From: a virus
Length of the DNA: 64,000 bases
Virus record (IMG/VR): IMGVR_UViG_3300021091_000014
Location: 1 to 64,000 of that record
Direction: 5' to 3' (one strand)
The translations under genes and the position numbers were made by a program. Below the pieces are notes generated by a model. It saw only the letters and a program-made list of their open reading frames with translations, made no database searches and had not been told where the DNA came from. Shown here piece after piece: positions 59,521-64,000 of this stretch (its first letter is position 1; each line of letters begins with the position of its first letter).

Positions 59521-60144
59521 ATGTTTAGGTTGCTTAACCCTTTTCATACTGAATACGCATACTGCTCCAGGCCCTTACAAGCTAATTTAATTACTAATGA
59601 TAGTGTTCAGTATTACGATAAAGACGGATTCGAGCTTACAAAATTAGAGCAGGAATACTATTTTGTAAACGGGTTTGAGCCGTTTTTAAATACTTGCCTT
59701 AATCATAGATGCTGGCAGGAACCGTGGTTTGAAGTAGATAGTGAAAACTTTTTACTTGATCATAGTTTAATACTACATAGATGTTCTTTTATTGATGAGG
59801 CAAGAGAGCAGCTGATCAGCAATCAGAAAAAATGCTCTAAGTTAGTGTATTTACTACACGCCACTTCGAAGTGGGGGCTTGATTTTAATTTAGACTTCGT
59901 AGATAATAGTGGTAAATTAACCGAGGTTTTACATATTGAAATTGATACCAAAACTTATCATGAATTCTTACAACACAAAAAGGAGTTGGAATACTTCATC
60001 CTTAGCACCGATTGGGAAAACGTATATAAGTTTCTCGATCGTCATCGCAACGAATGGGAATGTCTAGCAGGCTTTGAACAAAATGACTGGAAAGCTAGAC
60101 AACTTGGATTTAAAAAAGCCGAAGTAACTCACAAGGCTATCTAA
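59521..60144 (+). CDS. conserved-type phage hypothetical protein
   Basis: YDKDGFELT..EQ, DHS..L.RC, KWGLDF. Confidence 0.7.
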   Translation: MFRLLNPFHTEYAYCSRPLQANLITNDSVQYYDKDGFELTKLEQEYYFVNGFEPFLNTCLNHRCWQEPWFEVDSENFLLDHSLILHRCSFIDEAREQLISNQKKCSKLVYLLHATSKWGLDFNLDFVDNSGKLTEVLHIEIDTKTYHEFLQHKKELEYFILSTDWENVYKFLDRHRNEWECLAGFEQNDWKARQLGFKKAEVTHKAI

Positions 60145-60169
60145 GTTTCCTAAACAAACTGGAGGTTAT

Positions 60170-60730
60170 ATGCTAAAGTCAGTAGACACTTTAGACGATA
60201 AAACTACACTGGTGCTGAAATCGTTCATTTACGCTATATGCACCCTGTTAGTATTTACCTTGGTAACTACTACATTTAAGCAAAAAATTAATTCGTTTAG
60301 TTTAAACGGAATTCCAGCAACTTATACCGCAGAGCAAAGAGTTAAACAGTTAGATTGTTTAGCACTAAACATTTATAAAGAAGCTGGATACGAACCATTT
60401 GAAGGAAAGGTAGCAGTTGCCCAAGTAACTATTAACAGAGCAAATGATCCTAGATTTCCAAAAGACATTTGCCAGGTAGTTTATCAGAAAAATTTTTTTT
60501 ACAAAAAAACAGTCTGTCAATTTTCCTGGTATTGTGATATTATTCATAAAAACAGGCCTGTCAATCCAGCTGCATTTAATGAAAGTTACGAAGTCGCTAA
60601 AAAGGTATTGCTAGAAAATTTTCGTCTTAATGGACTTAAAGACGCTCTTTACTATCATGCAGATTATGTTAACCCTAAATGGAATAAAGAAAAGGTAGGT
60701 AAAATTGGACGCCACATCTTCTACAAATAA
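60170..60730 (+). CDS. SleB-like cell wall hydrolase
   Basis: CLALNIY.EA..E...G..AVA.V..NR, CQFSW, YYHA.YV.P.W, IGRHIFY. Confidence 0.9.
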   Translation: MLKSVDTLDDKTTLVLKSFIYAICTLLVFTLVTTTFKQKINSFSLNGIPATYTAEQRVKQLDCLALNIYKEAGYEPFEGKVAVAQVTINRANDPRFPKDICQVVYQKNFFYKKTVCQFSWYCDIIHKNRPVNPAAFNESYEVAKKVLLENFRLNGLKDALYYHADYVNPKWNKEKVGKIGRHIFYK

Positions 60731-61055
60731 AAAAGTATTAAATTTAGATAGAATAAATTCTCTAGCATTAAAAGCTAGAGACTATCTAGCTGAAAAAGCC
60801 TCTCATTTATCAGCTGAAGGAGTAGGCTGGCTAGGCACAATGCTTATTCATTGTGCTACTATTCCTTCATTACTAGCATTAATTATTGGAGTATCAGATA
60901 CTTTACCTGCATTGGATGTAGTTTTATTTGTATGGGGTGGTCTATTGTTATTTTTTGTTAAAGCTCTCATAAAGAGAGACATGCTTAATATTATTACTAT
61001 CGGCGTAGGGTTTTTTGTTCAAGCAGTTTTGCTTGGTATGGTAGTATTTAAATAA
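60705..61055 (+). CDS. membrane protein
   Basis: Three hydrophobic segments. Confidence 0.7.
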   Translation: MDATSSTNKKVLNLDRINSLALKARDYLAEKASHLSAEGVGWLGTMLIHCATIPSLLALIIGVSDTLPALDVVLFVWGGLLLFFVKALIKRDMLNIITIGVGFFVQAVLLGMVVFK

Positions 61056-61336
61056 TGAGCGAACAAGAAGATAAAAAATCGTATCTATTGCAACTTGATG
61101 ATGTAGAGATTAAATCTATTAAATCTCCTACTCAGTTTATGCATGAAATAGATAAATTAGTAGAAGAAAAAAAGATGGAGTATATTGAAGCTGTAATGTA
61201 TTATTGTAATGCAAATGATATTGAAATAGAGACTGCTGCCTCTTTAATTAAAGGCAGCGCAAAAATGAAAGCTAAGATTCAATTTGAAGCTGAAAATTTA
61301 AACTATTTACCTAAAAGTGGAAAGTTACCTATATGA
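61055..61336 (+). CDS. 33: late transcription coactivator gp33
   Basis: F..EI..LV......YIEAV..YC....IE.E......K.KI..EA..LN.L; synteny with 59 and 32. Confidence 0.88.
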   Translation: MSEQEDKKSYLLQLDDVEIKSIKSPTQFMHEIDKLVEEKKMEYIEAVMYYCNANDIEIETAASLIKGSAKMKAKIQFEAENLNYLPKSGKLPI

Positions 61337-61944
61337 GCGAACCCCTTGTAGAATATAATTTTAACATCCCTCCAACATATCAACATCCAGAAGGATTACC
61401 TTCTCACCTAGGCGGACACGAAGGGGAGACTCATGTTGACGACGGTGCATTAAGTTATTTAATTAATAAACTCAATATCAAAACTATGTTAGATGTTGGG
61501 TGTGGCCCCGGAGGAATGATTAAGATTGCGAAAGAAAAGAACCTTGTTGTAACCGGTATTGACGGCGACGACAAGGTTGAAAGAGAGCAAGATGTTATGA
61601 GTAATATTATTATTCATGACTACTGTGCCGGTCCTTATATTCCAGATACTGTTTTTGATCTAGCTTGGTCCGTTGAGTTTGTAGAGCATGTAGAAAAAAA
61701 GTACATGCAAAATTTTCTTGAAACATTTAAGCACTGCAAATACGTTGCAATGACCCATGCGCTACCAAATCAACCCGGGCATCATCACGTTAATTGCATG
61801 CCTATTGAGTATTGGTGTGGTGCAATGGAAGCAATAGGATTTATGGCTATGGTTGATGAGACTAATGAGATGCGTAAAGCATCTACAATGCGTGAAAGAT
61901 ATATTAGACAGCAAGGCTATGTATTTAAAAATGGACGCTTTTAA
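61333..61944 (+). CDS. class I SAM-dependent methyltransferase
   Basis: LDVGCGPG, GIDG, FDLAWSVEFVEHV. Confidence 0.85.
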   Translation: MSEPLVEYNFNIPPTYQHPEGLPSHLGGHEGETHVDDGALSYLINKLNIKTMLDVGCGPGGMIKIAKEKNLVVTGIDGDDKVEREQDVMSNIIIHDYCAGPYIPDTVFDLAWSVEFVEHVEKKYMQNFLETFKHCKYVAMTHALPNQPGHHHVNCMPIEYWCGAMEAIGFMAMVDETNEMRKASTMRERYIRQQGYVFKNGRF

Positions 61945-62512
61945 CGCGTATAAAACTTATATTGCACTAAAAAATCATTTTGGCTCTAAAACGTACGACT
62001 ACTTTAAATATAATGGCAGAACTAGAGCTAGTGCCAAATCCTTTGAGAAGAGAAGTGATAGGTACTTCTTCCATAAATTATCAAAGCACAACGACTGTAT
62101 TAACTACCTAGCTTCTAATTTTTTAGAGGGAGATTGTTGGGTTGGAGATCTCGTCAACGAACAAGTTGCAGAAAAAACATACATGGCGTGGCGGAAGCGA
62201 ATGGAAAGTCTTTCTTATATCTTCCGCAATGACTTGGATAAGCTTGATACTGATTTTAATAATAACTTTTTGGTTGTAGACGGCCAGCATCCAAAGCTAT
62301 TAAAGTTATACCTACGCAAACAAATTTGCCCAGAGACAATTCTTATTCTTGAAGACCTTTTGAGCTTTTTTAGAGCATGGAATAGAAAAATAGATGATAA
62401 GTTAGTCTGGCCAAATGAATATCAAAAGCTTAAGAAATACAGACCATTCTTTACAATAGATTTAGAAAAATATAGATCTCTTGTTCTTGATAAATTCAGT
62501 GAAAGCAGTTAA
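61931..62512 (+). CDS. 59: helicase loader gp59
   Basis: Y.ALKNHF...YDYFKY.G, F.KR.D.YFF.KL, I.PET. Confidence 0.92.
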   Translation: MDAFNAYKTYIALKNHFGSKTYDYFKYNGRTRASAKSFEKRSDRYFFHKLSKHNDCINYLASNFLEGDCWVGDLVNEQVAEKTYMAWRKRMESLSYIFRNDLDKLDTDFNNNFLVVDGQHPKLLKLYLRKQICPETILILEDLLSFFRAWNRKIDDKLVWPNEYQKLKKYRPFFTIDLEKYRSLVLDKFSESS

Positions 62513-62520
62513 TATAAATA
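62513..62520 (+). promoter_or_regulatory. late promoter TATAAATA upstream of gene 32
   Basis: Exact consensus. Confidence 0.65.
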
Positions 62521-62587
62521 CTCTTATCATTATGTACAAAGTGGATAAGAAGTATACATCGCATACAACGTTAATAAGGAGAAGTAA

Positions 62588-63490
62588 ATGGACTTTAGTT
62601 CACTAAAAAAGAACCGTCAAACGGTTTTTGCAAGTCTCAGCAACGAGTTTAGTAAGCTCAATCAAACAACAAGTTCCCAAGACGACGATAGATTCTGGAA
62701 GCCCGAGGTAGATAAGGCAGGTAACGGATATGCTGTTATTCGTTTTCTTCCGGCACCTACCGGGGAAGATGTTCCTTTTGTTAGAGTATGGGATCACGGG
62801 TTTCAAGGCCCGGGAGGCTGGTATATTGAAAAGTCTCTGACCACACTTGGACAAAAAGATCCTGTATCAGAGCACAACACCCAGCTTTGGAATTCAGGCA
62901 TTGAAGCAAACAAGGAATTAGTTCGTAAACAGAAACGAAGACTTTCTTACTATAGTAACATTTATGTAGTAAAGGATACAGCACATCCTGAAAATGAAGG
63001 TAAAGTATTTTTATTTAAGTATGGTAAGAAGATTTTTGAAAAGCTTAAAGATGCAATGGAACCAAAGTACGAAGATGAAAAGCCAGTTAATCCTTTCGAT
63101 CTTTGGGAAGGTGCAAACTTTAAGCTTAAAATTAGGAACGTAGAAGGGTATCGTAACTACGATAAGTCAGAATTCGATAGTCCAAGCCCGCTCCTAGATA
63201 GTGATGAAGATTTAGAAAGAGTATGGAAGCAAGAACACTCCTTAGTTGAGTTTACGGATCCTAAAAACTTTAAATCTTATGATGAGCTTAAGAGTAAATT
63301 AGATCGTGTCCTTGGTTTAATCAACGGGTCTCCTAAGCCACAGACTACAGCTGATAGTGAGCCATGGGATGTGGATGAACCTGTTAAAACAGCGGCTCCA
63401 ATGAAAACCGCTAAAGCAAAAGCACCAGTCTCCACAGCAGACGATGATGATGAGGATATGGACTTCTTTAAAAAGTTAGCGGAAGATTAA
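62588..63490 (+). CDS. 32: single-stranded DNA-binding protein gp32
   Basis: D.RFWK...DK.GNG.AVIRFLP, HGF, NEGKVF, acidic tail. Confidence 0.96.
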   Translation: MDFSSLKKNRQTVFASLSNEFSKLNQTTSSQDDDRFWKPEVDKAGNGYAVIRFLPAPTGEDVPFVRVWDHGFQGPGGWYIEKSLTTLGQKDPVSEHNTQLWNSGIEANKELVRKQKRRLSYYSNIYVVKDTAHPENEGKVFLFKYGKKIFEKLKDAMEPKYEDEKPVNPFDLWEGANFKLKIRNVEGYRNYDKSEFDSPSPLLDSDEDLERVWKQEHSLVEFTDPKNFKSYDELKSKLDRVLGLINGSPKPQTTADSEPWDVDEPVKTAAPMKTAKAKAPVSTADDDDEDMDFFKKLAED

Positions 63491-63999
63491 GTATAAGATG
63501 TTGAATGCCGGGTACCAATACCTAGCGTTCCTCTAACTGCAATCGGTGAAGGGATCGGAAGCGGAGCATCCGGTCCCTTTTTACTTGATAGTTGCTTGTT
63601 GTTGCTTATTGCATTATTAATAACACTGCCTTGACCACTTGCCATCTGAGAATCATTTCTTTCTGTGGCTGCAGCTACTTTCATTCCACTTGACGCTTGC
63701 GGTGACTCCAGTGAGGCAGCCTGAGGTGCGGCCATTACTGGTGAAGCTGCTGGTCCTTGACTAGACGTTCCGTTACCACCATCTCCCCCACCACCTTGTC
63801 TAATTAAAGATACAATAGTAGGAGCTCTTCTTCCTACTTGAGTGTACCACTTACTATCTTCTAAACTTTTTGCAGCACCTTCCGTATCACCTTCCTTTAA
63901 ATTACGAGTAAAGTTAGGCCACTTTTTAAACCAGGTCGGTCCCATATTAAAAGTAAGGTCTACTAAAGCTGCTTGCCCCTTATCGTTTAAGTTATCATA
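63487..63999 (-). CDS. 3' part of a T4-lysozyme-domain protein (baseplate/tail-associated); begins outside the window
   Basis: Frame open to the window edge: ..QAALVDLTFNMG..AA.SL.DSKWYTQV.RRA. Confidence 0.8.
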   Translation of the reverse strand, partial: YDNLNDKGQAALVDLTFNMGPTWFKKWPNFTRNLKEGDTEGAAKSLEDSKWYTQVGRRAPTIVSLIRQGGGGDGGNGTSSQGPAASPVMAAPQAASLESPQASSGMKVAAATERNDSQMASGQGSVINNAISNNKQLSSKKGPDAPLPIPSPIAVRGTLGIGTRHSTSYT

Positions 64000-64000
64000 G

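Overview
A 64-kb segment of a large AT-rich T4-like (Straboviridae/Kyanoviridae-like) myovirus genome, almost all on the + strand. The host is probably a freshwater betaproteobacterium (inferred from the tmRNA tag ANDERFALAA and proteobacterial-type IscU/ErpA). Layout: (1) 1-19 kb is an early/accessory region of small ORFs behind TTGA(T/C)N-17-TATAAT promoters. It holds three tandem DUF1566 lectin-like genes, an AAA ATPase, four 2OG-Fe(II) oxygenases, a circularly permuted two-piece tmRNA, four tRNAs and a ~350-nt GNRA-rich non-coding RNA candidate. (2) 19-41.5 kb is a late region of probable head-internal proteins (ligase-like, nucleotidyltransferase, Dps), collagen-like fibres, Ig/IPT adhesins and lysis genes. 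(3) 41.5-64 kb carries replication and metabolism genes: gp61, thyX, nrdA/B, dCMP deaminase, RuvC-like, a heptose/sugar cluster, rnh, phoH, BI-1, iscU, erpA/iscA, exonuclease, gp33, gp59, gp32. The strongest unexplained signals are: a repeated non-coding cassette (Fur-box-like 9-1-9 palindrome, then CCAC-N8-GTGG sites with conserved 23-bp spacing, then an early promoter) in a phage rich in iron genes; the large structured RNA; the permuted tmRNA; and ligase-like and other proteins with T4-type capsid-targeting leaders. All product calls come from motif recognition by eye; no database searches were run.
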